Positions 47,596-57,222 of a stretch of DNA of 64,000 bases are shown here, piece after piece. The stretch's first letter is position 1. Every line of letters begins with the position of its first letter. Position numbers and translations under genes: made by a program. This stretch comes from Chitinophaga pinensis. Its GTDB lineage: Bacteria > Bacteroidota > Bacteroidia > Chitinophagales > UBA10324. Below the pieces are notes generated by a model. That model was given only the letters and a program-made list of their open reading frames with translations, did not search any database and was not told the DNA's origin. The stretch covers positions 16,892 to 80,891 of the forward strand of contig CAMDOA010000001.1 of assembly GCA_945903305.1 (NCBI GenBank). Direction: 5' to 3'.

Positions 47596-47967
47596 TCAAC
47601 TTTTTTTCAAAAAATCAATTGAGCGTCGTCGTAACCAGATGGCAACATAAGCCAAAGTTCCTACTGAGTCGGAAACAATATCAAGCCATTCAAATTTTCG
47701 GGTAGTAGTAAATTCATTTTGCATAACTTCTATACTTATTCCGAATAAAATACATGTAAAAGATAATACAACTGCCTTTAAAAGATACGATTCATTAATT
47801 TCCCACGAGTAAAATAATAAGAGCGCAAGAATGAAAAACAGAAAGGCATGAATCCATTTATCAACAAAAAGCAAACGAAATAAATCGTGATTGGGTAAAT
47901 CACTTGCGGGCATAAGTGACAGGTAAACAATGATACCCATCCAGATAATTGGCAAAAGCCATCGCAT
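47596..47967 (-). CDS. VanZ family membrane protein
   Basis: 123 aa with four TM segments and the DKxxH motif (VDKWIHAF). Confidence 0.75.
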   Translation of the reverse strand: MRWLLPIIWMGIIVYLSLMPASDLPNHDLFRLLFVDKWIHAFLFFILALLLFYSWEINESYLLKAVVLSFTCILFGISIEVMQNEFTTTRKFEWLDIVSDSVGTLAYVAIWLRRRSIDFLKKS

Positions 47968-47980
47968 TATTTATACTGTA

Positions 47981-48361
47981 TTAATGCCCGGTTAAATTAG
48001 CATAGTCAGCTGCATTCATTAGTGAATTAACATCAGCCGGGTTGGTCATTTTTATTTTCACCATCCACCCTTTTCCATAAGCATCCTGATTTACCAATTC
48101 AGGATTAGCATTTAAATCGGCATTCAGTTCCAAGATTGTTCCAGCCACCGGAAGAAACAAATCAGAAACTGTTTTTACTGCTTCAACTGTTCCGAAAACT
48201 TCTTCGGCTTTCAGGGTTTTTCCAATGGTATTAACATCTACATAAACAATATCGCCCAATTCGCTTTGTGCAAATTCAGTGATGCCAATAACTGCAGTGT
48301 CGCCTTCAACGCGAACCCATTCGTGATCTTTTGTGTAACGGAGATTGTCGGGAAAATTCAT
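47981..48361 (-). CDS. gcvH: glycine cleavage system protein H
   Basis: 126 aa with YTKDHEWV and the lipoyl-lysine context [14 protein letters not shown]. Confidence 0.95.
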   Translation of the reverse strand: MNFPDNLRYTKDHEWVRVEGDTAVIGITEFAQSELGDIVYVDVNTIGKTLKAEEVFGTVEAVKTVSDLFLPVAGTILELNADLNANPELVNQDAYGKGWMVKIKMTNPADVNSLMNAADYANLTGH

Positions 48362-48378
48362 TTCTTTTTTTTTATGGT

Positions 48379-48389
48379 GGCGAAAAATA
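48379..48389 (-). promoter_or_regulatory. TATTTTTCGCC box upstream of gcvH
   Basis: The minus strand reads TTGTTATTTTTCGCCACCATAAAAAAAAAGAAATG. This is the box family with one extra T. Confidence 0.3.
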
Positions 48390-48393
48390 ACAA

Positions 48394-48453
48394 AGCATAA
48401 ATTATAAAGTATAATTTTTTAACCCTAAGGTTTTATACTTTATAATTTATGCT
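48394..48453 (-). terminator. 21-bp perfect hairpin between the sprA stop and the gcvH start
   Basis: AGCATAAATTATAAAGTATAA (48394-48414) pairs with TTATACTTTATAATTTATGCT (48433-48453) around an 18-nt loop. On the minus strand it is followed by TTTGTTATTTTT. Confidence 0.7.
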
Positions 48454-48463
48454 GAAAACATGA

Positions 48464-51400
48464 TTACTGTGCTAAAGTAAATCGGATTGTAACTCCGGCA
48501 TTGGTGTAACGGATTGGATAAGATGCGGAGGTTGCCGGAATACTGTATCGTTTATCGAAGAATAATCGAATGTTTAAACGGTTGCTTACCATGTATTCGG
48601 CTGAAGGGGCAAAGCTGATTGTTTTCATCCCTTGTGTTGGGGTGCTTTCTGCCTGATCCAGCTTAAAATTAGCGGTAATATTATTTGAAACAGACACATC
48701 GCATTTCAAATTCAAATCATTTTTCAATCGTTTTTTCTTTCCTTTTATTTTAAATGGGATGGGTGCATTTTTCCATTTGTAACCAACGCCCACAGTTATC
48801 TCCGATGTTTTTGATTCCACTAACTGATAATCCAGAAAACTCATTGCCAGATTTCTTCCCTTTTTATATTCGAACTTGGTACTCACACTGTTTTTCCATT
48901 GTGCATCAATACCAATAAGCGGCGAAAACTGTTCGGTAATTCCGATGCTCGGTATATCATAGAAACTTATGAAATTACCTGAAACAGAATCAATACTTTT
49001 TGGAATATTTATTCCGTTTTGATTGCTGCCATTAAAATCGAGAGCAGAACTGAATGAATTTATAGTGAGTGTTGAACTGTAACCGTGCGAAATGTTAAAT
49101 GAGTTCCATATTTTTTTTGCCCACTTCATTTTTGTTAAACCATTATATGTGATTCGCCAATTAGGTGCGGGTATTCCTTTAAAGTACTGATATAAGCCAA
49201 CTGAGTTTATATCCTTTCCGGCATAAGCTGCAAGAAACGATGGGATTAAAACATCTTGAGAATAAGGTCCGTATCCGTTAGCAAAGTTTGCATTATATGT
49301 ACTATCTTGCGGGTTGTAATAACTTCCAACAGCTTCCGGATTATTTTGTGCTAACCTATTAGAAACAATTTGCCTGTACGACTGAAATAAATCGAAAGTG
49401 GGTGAGGTACCATTCGTATCGGATTTTATAAAAGAGGTGTTCCAGGCAATAAACGAAACACTGTAAGTTCCGAATGCGCGTTCGTTCAGGTGTTGAAATC
49501 CATTATCGGTATTCTTAAAAAATTCGGTCGTGTTATATGAATAATTTTTCATGAAATTAAAATCCACATTCACATCTTTCAGCGGTTCAAATTGTGCGCG
49601 GGCTGTTATGTTTCGGTTAAAATTCTGTATGAATTGAGCATTCATGTTGGTATCGTTTGTAATCCAACCTTTTTGTGAAATAGTATTTAACCAATTAGTA
49701 TCGGGTTGAATTCCGAAAACAAAATCCCAACCGGGCGACGACTTACTTAAATCCTGCCCAAAATTTTTAGGTTGATTTACAAATCCGGGAAGTGTGGTTC
49801 CTTTTGTTTGCGTGTAAGTGAATGTTACTTTCTTTAAACTGATAATGGGTCGTATTATAAAAGATAAACCTGCCTTTGCTGTTGGCTGATTATTTTTCTT
49901 TTGGTCTTTCAAATCTTTATTGTCTTTCAGATCTTTATTTTCTCCTTTCTGCAGATTTGTAGATGTTGCGTTGGTATTATACGGCTTCAGGAATTTCCAC
50001 TTGTTATATAAATTTCTAAAATTAAAATCGCTGTTTAAATTTATTTTCTGATCATTGTTCAAAGTATTTCCCAATGGATTTTCTTTTAATCGAATTATTT
50101 CGAACGGGCCTCCTTTATTAGAAGTATCACTCACCAAGGGCAATGCAAGCCAGTCGTATTCAGCACCATATTTAAAGGTTCCGGTTATCCAATCTAAAAT
50201 CGGAATTTTATTTATTGGCAGTGTGTAAGCCAGATTAGCTGAATGATGATAGTGAGTAGTTCGGCCAAATTTTTTAATGTTATTGAATACCGAATCCTTT
50301 TCAGCCTTGGTATCAATTCGACCGGTGTCCTCATCAATTCGGGTATTGGTTACGGCATTGAAATCAATGTTTAGCGATTTTGCCAGATCGAATTTTACTC
50401 CGTAATATCTATCCCAGGTCCAGAATTTATTATAGGTTGGATCGGCAGGCGGAGATAGCGGATCGGTTTCGCGCATGCGCGATTGGCCATACTGCCTGTC
50501 CATCACATTTCGGAACGAAATATTGGTAGGTAAAAAATTGAAATTGATATCGCGGATTGCTTTCAGATATTTTGGTTTGGTACCAATTAACTTATTGAAC
50601 GGAGAAATAAATTTTGATTTTCCCGGAAAAATATATCCTAATTCAGTGTGATATTTTTTTATAATATCACTTTCAATTATCGGGTTGTGTTTAAATGTTT
50701 CGGTAAAGGCATAAGTAGCATTCCAATTTTCAATGCCATAAATATGCGGCTTGGCATTTTTACTATTATTAATGCGTCGGACATTAGTAAAATTAAGACT
50801 CTTAATACTGGTGAAATCCTGCGCCACGCTCTTTAATGAATCTCTCTGCGATTGATTATTTGCAGCATTCAGTTTATCTTTTAACAATACATCCAATTCG
50901 TATGGATCATATTTCGGATTACTGATTGAGTTCGAAATGCCCAGGTACATTGGCAATTGCAATCCAATATTTTTTGGTAAAAATTTTCCCAGTTGAAAAG
51001 TGCCTGATGCATCGTACTGATAAAAATTATCTTTAAACCGCTCATTCAATTTTTGTTCAAGCGAACCGAATCCAATACTGTGCATTGCTCCGCTTAATGA
51101 AACATTTCCAAAGTCAGCGAGTTTTACATCCACCCGACCTATTGCTGCATAACCGCCTTCTTCATCAAAACCACTTAATCGTAATTCATTAAACCAAAGT
51201 TCAGCACATTTTGCTCTTCCATCATCTGAATCGCCTAATGGAAAGCCGCTGCCTTGTTTTGGATTATGCACACCAAGCATGGCTACTTTTGCCATTCCTA
51301 AATCAGGATTTCCAACTATTGTAATCCGATCTCCATTAGATAATATTTCGGAGTAAGGAACGCTGAACGGATAACCCGCCGCATTTCGTTTAGATTTTAT

Positions 51401-54400
51401 TTCAGTTAATTCTTCGAGCGTAATTATAAAATTATTTGACGATGGCCATACATTTAATGAATCGTTGTTACCGAATACAGAAGGAGTCAATACTTTTTCG
51501 TACTCATAATAATTGCCAACGAAATCAGAACCTAAACGAATAAATGCAGTAAGGTCGCCTTTATTAAATGTGTATCCATTACCAGCATTTTCGGCATGAA
51601 CAAACATTTTCATCACTTTAAAAGTGCGCAAATCCAGGTTCAGTGATTTATAGGCGGCTCTTGAATCACCATCTTGCAAATTGCAAACCTGCACACTTAA
51701 TGATTGTTCATTTTGATAAATAGTTTGTACCGACCCTAATTGTTGTTCGCGCTCAATGCCGGGTGGCATTACATAATTTATTGGCTGTCGGGCTGAGTTC
51801 TCTTCCAATGAAACTGACCCCACATTAAAAAATGTTTCGCCATTATTATCATCAGGAATATACTCACCGGGTGATTGCAAACTGAACTGATACTTACGCC
51901 ACTGGTTTCGAACAAATTCTAACTTGGCAAACCGGAGTTTTACTGCAGTATCAAAACCAGCCATGTAAATTCTTATAAACCGGATGGATTTAAAATCCTG
52001 TATACCTCCTACTTTTTTATAATACTCTTCAATCGGAATCTTTACTTGTATCCACTTTTCCTCTCCAATCAAATTACCATCGTTACAATTAACATCTGCT
52101 GTTACAATATCAGTAATAAAATTACTACCGGCAGTTTCTAAATCATTGGGATTAAGCGAAACTTTATATTCAAAATATTCTTCTGATTCGCTGAGCGTAT
52201 TATCGCGATTTAAATCTTCGTTTTCAGGTATATTGGTTGCCGCTTCTGAAATATTTTGACCAGACGATGAAATAGGTGAATTACCATCGGGATTATTATA
52301 CAATTTGTAACGGTCTAAAATGCCAATTTCATCATTATCATAATCGCTGCCGAGATAATAGTGATAGTTATCGCCCGAAGGATCATTTTTTGCAGCATCA
52401 ATGTAAGGCGAACCAACACCGTAGTTTTGTTCAATTTGATTCAGATACAATGCAAAATGCGATTGCTCAGAATTATCAACCAATCCGGTAGGGGTGGGAT
52501 AAATAAATTTACCAACCCCATCATAACCAACATCCTGGTATTGTCGTGAAGTTTCCAAATTATCGAAAGAATTGGTAGGTGGAATATTTACAGGAATAAC
52601 CGACCATTTAGTAAATGCCAGTGTTGAATTGAATGTATCGCCATTTGCAGGCAAACCATTTTCAGTAAATAACCTTCCGTCTTTTAATATATCTTCCGAA
52701 ACATTGCCTAAGTTTATATAAATATTGCCATATTTATTTCCACCATACCCTTCTAAATAAGGATTAAGCACCCAGAATTGTATGTATTCAATATTTGCTT
52801 GTTCAAAATCATTATAATCAATGCTACGCATTATTCCGCCAAAATTATTTTCAGGATTTCTTAAATGAATTCTGCCGTACTCATCTATTCCATTAAAACT
52901 ATTTGGATCAGAAACAAAATTATACGGGCCTTTAACATTGGGTTCAAAATTTAAATCAAAAGTTGGCAGTGTGGATTGAAGCGGATTATTATTTTGACGG
53001 TTAGGAAAAATTTCCTTCTCCTGAATTTCTCTTGTATAAAAACTGCATTGTTCTAACGGATTATCTTTTAAATGCGCCGGTGTTGATGAAATATTTCTTA
53101 AAAAAAGCGGGTCAATCGCATACCACGAAAGTTTTGCCCTGTGAAATCCGTAATCCCATTTGTCTATTGAATCCGCTTCAGGAAATAAACTTGCCGAAGA
53201 TCTATCGGCAGGTGTGCTCGAAAGCACCCAACTGCTGTACGGAAATTTTAAATCATAAGTACTTTGTGTTCCTTCAAAATCATCAATATAAACCTGACCT
53301 GCATCACCCTTTCCAATTGCTTTACTATGGCCGGGAACTAATCGCGCCACTTCGCCGCTAACGGTTATGGATGATTTTTCTTTTGTATCGAGCAGCGGAA
53401 GTTTATCAATCAGGCGGGTAATTAATCCCGATTCTGTTTGCCAGCTTCCATCTAAACCATATATAGCATTGCTGATAGGGTCATCTCCAACATTTAATTT
53501 ACGGGTGTATGGTCGTTCAGATAAATGCAAATAGGTGCCGCCCAATTTAAAATGATCATTAATATAATAATCAGCCCGGGTTCCAAAAAGTGTTTTGGTT
53601 GTGAAGCCAAAAGTTGAATTGTTTTCAAACGAAACATTGATAGGTGCGCCTGAATTCATTATTGATTGATTAATAATTTTCAATCTCCCTAAGTTATAAT
53701 CAACTGTGTAATCAACATTTTCCTGCAACACCTGACCACCGGCGGTAACTTTCACTGAACCTTGCGGAATATTAAATGCACCTAATGAAATATCAGAAGA
53801 TGAAGAACCTTTGTACGAACCTTTAATAGTGTATCGGTCAAACTCAGGAAATTGCAGCGCAATGGTTTTTGTTGAATCGTATAAAACCTGGTAAGCATAT
53901 TTTGAGGCTATATTGGGGTCAGTAAACTTTGAAGCCAAGTCCTTTCCAAATGGTTCAAGTACCGGAAAAATTACTTTTCCGTTATTGGGGTTAATAGTAA
54001 TGCCCGGAATAAAATCAAACATACCATCGGGCTGAGGATCTTGATTATTATTCAATCGGTCTAATCCAAGCAATCGGATAAGTGGAATGCTGTTTACATT
54101 TCCAGCCGGAATAAATCTTCTTGATCCGCCTGCCGGATCAAGATAGTAAACATCTAATCTGAAATCGGATGGATTTACTTGGTATGCGCCCAATGAGTAA
54201 ACATTCTTCATCATTAGTTTCCAAATTGGTAGCTTGGGTCTTACCGATGTGCTCTTGAGCATTTTCAAAAACAAAACATTCGGCTGAGTTGGATTAGTTG
54301 GAAGATCCTGTGCAAATTCTCCAACCTGATAAACTTTTCCGTTGAATGTATATTGGTAAGCAACTGCCAGTACATCATCGGGATTCAATTGCTGATTCAA

Positions 54401-55795
54401 TAAAATAAAACCAAGTTGTGGTTGTAAAGTGTATTCTGTTGAAGTAAGTTGACGGGCATATGTTTTTTCAAAATCCTGAACAGGTTGTAATTGATAAGAT
54501 GCACCGGTTAAAGTTTGAATAGTGGAACTGAGTGACCTCGCATTTTCATCTTGAGAAAGTTTATTATATAAATCATTAGAAGCGCCTTGCGTTGGATATT
54601 TATTTAATGAAGATCCGGCAGGTAAAAAATTACTTGCATAGGGAATAATCTGCGGACTGTACGGATTATTTTCTCCTAAATCCTGAAACGCCACAATATC
54701 CCTTGTCATGGTGGTTACTCCATTTTTATTAGTAACCCAGACTTCAATTTTATTAATTTCGATTTGCGTATTAATAATCGGAATTTGAGTCATGCTTTTG
54801 TTATAGTTCTCTCGGAAATACTGACCGAGAAAATAGTTTCTGTTTTCATCATACTGATTGGCATACACTTCAAATGTTTGCGTTTGTGCTCCCCCTTGTA
54901 TGGTAATGTTTTGTGCTTGTGATTTTTGTTGCGAGATAACACTGGTCAACATCAATCTTCCAAATTGAAGTTGGGTTTTTAATCCGAACAAACTTTGGCT
55001 TCCCTGAATTAAGGTAGTATTAAGTGGCAGACTCACATTACCGGCTTCAATTTTTTTGATAATCTCATCCTGATATCCGGTGTATTCAAGCTTCACCTGA
55101 TTTTCAAAATCGAATGAGCTTTGAGTGTTATAGTTAGTCGTGAGTTTTAATTTATCTCCGATTTTTCCAACCACATTCATTTGAATATTCATATCAAACT
55201 GAAAACCTCCCTGCTTCCGTTGCTGGGCTGTCAGTGTTGGGTTCTGAATATTTTGCCGATTATATCCGAATGTTAAATCAATATTTCCGTTTGGTCTGAT
55301 GTCAACTGATGTGCCACCAAATAACCGATCAGCCAATTGACCCCCAACATTTACTTTCGGAATTAATCCCTTGTGGGTAAGTAACGAATTTGAATTACTG
55401 AGTTGTTCGAAATTTTCTTTTTGCGATTTATCATATTCATACTTTAAAAATTCTTCGAAACTCATGTAAGTAGGATTTCGATAAAACTGCCCCCCTATTG
55501 TTTCAGTTAAAATGTATTGATTGGTTTTGGGATCGTATTGCACATCTTGTACAATATTTGCCGGATCAGATAAATCCATTGGATTATTATCCTGGTCGGA
55601 AACACTTCCATCATTATCTTCTATTGGATAATGCAAATCTATTTCAGGCGGCGTATCAATAACCGCCATACTATTTGCTTTATAATTATTTTTTGAATTG
55701 AATTTGTTAAATTCATTTTTGCCTATTGCTGATAATACGGTGAGTACCGCAAAGGCTGATACTATGATAAACGAAGGATTAGAATTGCCTTTCAA
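48464..55795 (-). CDS. sprA: T9SS translocon / cell surface protein SprA (Sov)
   Basis: 2443-aa ORF. An N-terminal hydrophobic signal (FIIVSAFAVLTVLSAI) is followed by Asn/Tyr/Gly/Ser-rich, beta-strand-like sequence throughout, and it ends with a barrel-type terminus ...NAGVTIRFTLAQ. The size and its position next to ruvA fit SprA. The start codon is TTG (55795-55793). Confidence 0.88.
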   Translation of the reverse strand: MKGNSNPSFIIVSAFAVLTVLSAIGKNEFNKFNSKNNYKANSMAVIDTPPEIDLHYPIEDNDGSVSDQDNNPMDLSDPANIVQDVQYDPKTNQYILTETIGGQFYRNPTYMSFEEFLKYEYDKSQKENFEQLSNSNSLLTHKGLIPKVNVGGQLADRLFGGTSVDIRPNGNIDLTFGYNRQNIQNPTLTAQQRKQGGFQFDMNIQMNVVGKIGDKLKLTTNYNTQSSFDFENQVKLEYTGYQDEIIKKIEAGNVSLPLNTTLIQGSQSLFGLKTQLQFGRLMLTSVISQQKSQAQNITIQGGAQTQTFEVYANQYDENRNYFLGQYFRENYNKSMTQIPIINTQIEINKIEVWVTNKNGVTTMTRDIVAFQDLGENNPYSPQIIPYASNFLPAGSSLNKYPTQGASNDLYNKLSQDENARSLSSTIQTLTGASYQLQPVQDFEKTYARQLTSTEYTLQPQLGFILLNQQLNPDDVLAVAYQYTFNGKVYQVGEFAQDLPTNPTQPNVLFLKMLKSTSVRPKLPIWKLMMKNVYSLGAYQVNPSDFRLDVYYLDPAGGSRRFIPAGNVNSIPLIRLLGLDRLNNNQDPQPDGMFDFIPGITINPNNGKVIFPVLEPFGKDLASKFTDPNIASKYAYQVLYDSTKTIALQFPEFDRYTIKGSYKGSSSSDISLGAFNIPQGSVKVTAGGQVLQENVDYTVDYNLGRLKIINQSIMNSGAPINVSFENNSTFGFTTKTLFGTRADYYINDHFKLGGTYLHLSERPYTRKLNVGDDPISNAIYGLDGSWQTESGLITRLIDKLPLLDTKEKSSITVSGEVARLVPGHSKAIGKGDAGQVYIDDFEGTQSTYDLKFPYSSWVLSSTPADRSSASLFPEADSIDKWDYGFHRAKLSWYAIDPLFLRNISSTPAHLKDNPLEQCSFYTREIQEKEIFPNRQNNNPLQSTLPTFDLNFEPNVKGPYNFVSDPNSFNGIDEYGRIHLRNPENNFGGIMRSIDYNDFEQANIEYIQFWVLNPYLEGYGGNKYGNIYINLGNVSEDILKDGRLFTENGLPANGDTFNSTLAFTKWSVIPVNIPPTNSFDNLETSRQYQDVGYDGVGKFIYPTPTGLVDNSEQSHFALYLNQIEQNYGVGSPYIDAAKNDPSGDNYHYYLGSDYDNDEIGILDRYKLYNNPDGNSPISSSGQNISEAATNIPENEDLNRDNTLSESEEYFEYKVSLNPNDLETAGSNFITDIVTADVNCNDGNLIGEEKWIQVKIPIEEYYKKVGGIQDFKSIRFIRIYMAGFDTAVKLRFAKLEFVRNQWRKYQFSLQSPGEYIPDDNNGETFFNVGSVSLEENSARQPINYVMPPGIEREQQLGSVQTIYQNEQSLSVQVCNLQDGDSRAAYKSLNLDLRTFKVMKMFVHAENAGNGYTFNKGDLTAFIRLGSDFVGNYYEYEKVLTPSVFGNNDSLNVWPSSNNFIITLEELTEIKSKRNAAGYPFSVPYSEILSNGDRITIVGNPDLGMAKVAMLGVHNPKQGSGFPLGDSDDGRAKCAELWFNELRLSGFDEEGGYAAIGRVDVKLADFGNVSLSGAMHSIGFGSLEQKLNERFKDNFYQYDASGTFQLGKFLPKNIGLQLPMYLGISNSISNPKYDPYELDVLLKDKLNAANNQSQRDSLKSVAQDFTSIKSLNFTNVRRINNSKNAKPHIYGIENWNATYAFTETFKHNPIIESDIIKKYHTELGYIFPGKSKFISPFNKLIGTKPKYLKAIRDINFNFLPTNISFRNVMDRQYGQSRMRETDPLSPPADPTYNKFWTWDRYYGVKFDLAKSLNIDFNAVTNTRIDEDTGRIDTKAEKDSVFNNIKKFGRTTHYHHSANLAYTLPINKIPILDWITGTFKYGAEYDWLALPLVSDTSNKGGPFEIIRLKENPLGNTLNNDQKINLNSDFNFRNLYNKWKFLKPYNTNATSTNLQKGENKDLKDNKDLKDQKKNNQPTAKAGLSFIIRPIISLKKVTFTYTQTKGTTLPGFVNQPKNFGQDLSKSSPGWDFVFGIQPDTNWLNTISQKGWITNDTNMNAQFIQNFNRNITARAQFEPLKDVNVDFNFMKNYSYNTTEFFKNTDNGFQHLNERAFGTYSVSFIAWNTSFIKSDTNGTSPTFDLFQSYRQIVSNRLAQNNPEAVGSYYNPQDSTYNANFANGYGPYSQDVLIPSFLAAYAGKDINSVGLYQYFKGIPAPNWRITYNGLTKMKWAKKIWNSFNISHGYSSTLTINSFSSALDFNGSNQNGINIPKSIDSVSGNFISFYDIPSIGITEQFSPLIGIDAQWKNSVSTKFEYKKGRNLAMSFLDYQLVESKTSEITVGVGYKWKNAPIPFKIKGKKKRLKNDLNLKCDVSVSNNITANFKLDQAESTPTQGMKTISFAPSAEYMVSNRLNIRLFFDKRYSIPATSASYPIRYTNAGVTIRFTLAQ

Positions 55796-55881
55796 TTTCG
55801 CCTAAAGTTTTATTGCTAAAAAATTAAAATCTTACTCTGAAAATAGGTGATGGCTAAAATAGCCCGCACCCTTATCGATTA

Positions 55882-56475
55882 TCAAATTGTTTTCAACACA
55901 TGTTTGATAATTTCCTCTACAGTCATAGTTGGGTTTGAAATTATTACCTTCCGTACTGCCTGTTCGGCGGGTGCGCGTGAAAAACCCAACATGATGAGTG
56001 CGCTTAACGCTTCATCATTCACTTTATTGTGTTCTGAAACTCCTTCTGATTTAATTACCAGTTTTGCCACTTTGTCTTTCAATTCCAAAATTATCCGCTT
56101 GGCGGTTTTAGGTCCTATTCCTTTTATTCTTTCAAACGCTTGTGCGTTTTCAGTTACAATAGCATTTCGCAAATCGTTCGGAGTTAAAGCAGAAAGCACC
56201 ATACGAACAGTAGATGCCCCAACACCTGAAATATTTAATAACTCGGTAAACATGGTTCGCTCTTCTTCGTCGGCAAAACCATACAATGACACTATCATCG
56301 GACTTTGTGTGCCCCCTGTAATATGTAAGTAAGTATGCAATTTCCCCGAATCGTTATGCTGAATTTTACTCCAGGTATTCATTGAAATATTTACATGATA
56401 ACCAACCCCTCCGTTTTCAATAATTATGTGAGTGGGGCTTTTAAATGAAAAATTTCCCTGCAAGAATGAAATCAT
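55882..56475 (-). CDS. ruvA: Holliday junction branch migration complex subunit RuvA
   Basis: 197 aa. The N-terminus is MISFLQGNF...GGVGYHV and HhH motifs are present (LLNISGVGASTV, IKGIGPKTAKRI). Confidence 0.95.
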   Translation of the reverse strand: MISFLQGNFSFKSPTHIIIENGGVGYHVNISMNTWSKIQHNDSGKLHTYLHITGGTQSPMIVSLYGFADEEERTMFTELLNISGVGASTVRMVLSALTPNDLRNAIVTENAQAFERIKGIGPKTAKRIILELKDKVAKLVIKSEGVSEHNKVNDEALSALIMLGFSRAPAEQAVRKVIISNPTMTVEEIIKHVLKTI

Positions 56476-56500
56476 TTTTATTGCGATATTAAATGCCGGA

Positions 56501-56508
56501 CAAATTTA
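56501..56508 (-). promoter_or_regulatory. -7 box (TAAATTTG) upstream of ruvA
   Basis: Exact TAnnTTTG on the minus strand followed by TCCGG, 25 nt before ATG 56475. Confidence 0.4.
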
Positions 56509-56840
56509 ATCGTAACACTAAATGTTTAATTGCAATTTTATATTATCTGATGACATTTTTTTTCTGATTGTACAATTTTGTATTGCTATAAAATATAATT
56601 TTAAAATATGCTAATGAAAAAATTAACTAGTCAACTGAATTTGGCTGTGCGCTCAGCGAAATATTTTTATTTCAATATAAATTCAATTTACAGTCATAAG
56701 GTTGTAGCAGTTAAAATTGTATGGACTAATCTGTTTTTTTTCGGATGCTTTCCGTTTATTTGAGATATGAACATATTGTGAAAAAATATTAGCGGATTAA
56801 AAAGCATTACATTAATTTTAGTTCTCCAAATCAAATAATC

Positions 56841-57083
56841 ATGATTACCAAGCAAGATCTTGAAGCGTTAAATTCGCTTACAGGAAAAAACATTCCAATC
56901 AATGAACCTCTTTTCATTCATCAATCAGTTGAATCATTAACTGAGTTGGCATTAGAACACTTTCCGATGTTGCGTGTTATTGATTCAGAAAAAATGTTGC
57001 AACTCGAAGAAAAAATTTCCTTTGTGTGTGCCGAACTCGAATTCGAATTAGCATGCTTAGTGGGTGAAACTGTTGAACATTAA
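56841..57083 (+). CDS. hypothetical acidic 80-aa protein (orphan ORF)
   Basis: This is the only ORF of at least 60 aa in the 56476-57222 gap. It is strongly acidic (many E/D, few K/R). I recognise no family, so coding status is uncertain. Confidence 0.3.
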   Translation: MITKQDLEALNSLTGKNIPINEPLFIHQSVESLTELALEHFPMLRVIDSEKMLQLEEKISFVCAELEFELACLVGETVEH

Positions 57084-57189
57084 AGTTTTATTTTCTTAAA
57101 ATAGTGTTGTTTAATTTCTGACGAATGAGTTAATAAATTGCTTTTTTTCTGAAATAATATTCATTTCTTAAAAGTGCAGAGTCGGCTTT

Positions 57190-57197
57190 TATATTTG
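57190..57197 (+). promoter_or_regulatory. -7 box (TATATTTG) upstream of icd
   Basis: Exact TAnnTTTG followed by CGCCC, 25 nt before ATG 57223. Confidence 0.4.
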
Positions 57198-57222
57198 CGC
57201 CCTCTTAAACAAAAATCAAATA

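Noticed and set aside
48362-48463. Riboswitch candidates upstream of gcvH (glycine), thiL (TPP, 28106-28286) and hpt (purine, 42225-42377).
   Set aside because: None of the conserved cores is present. That applies to the glycine GGAGAG...CACCG pattern, the TPP CTGAGA...ACCTGA pattern and the purine three-way junction. The regions are instead occupied by the repeats and hairpins described above.
55847-56332. 161-aa plus-strand ORF antisense to ruvA. Similar long antisense ORFs include 45857-46369 and 44327-44671 (antisense to the helicase-nuclease gene), 34183-34578 (antisense to enoyl-CoA hydratase), 1975-2400 and 1604-1954 (antisense to dnaG), and 73-674 (antisense to DUF58).
   Set aside because: Each lies entirely inside a gene with strong family motifs on the opposite strand. 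Their translations are low-complexity or hydrophobic with no recognisable motifs, so they are ordinary shadow ORFs.
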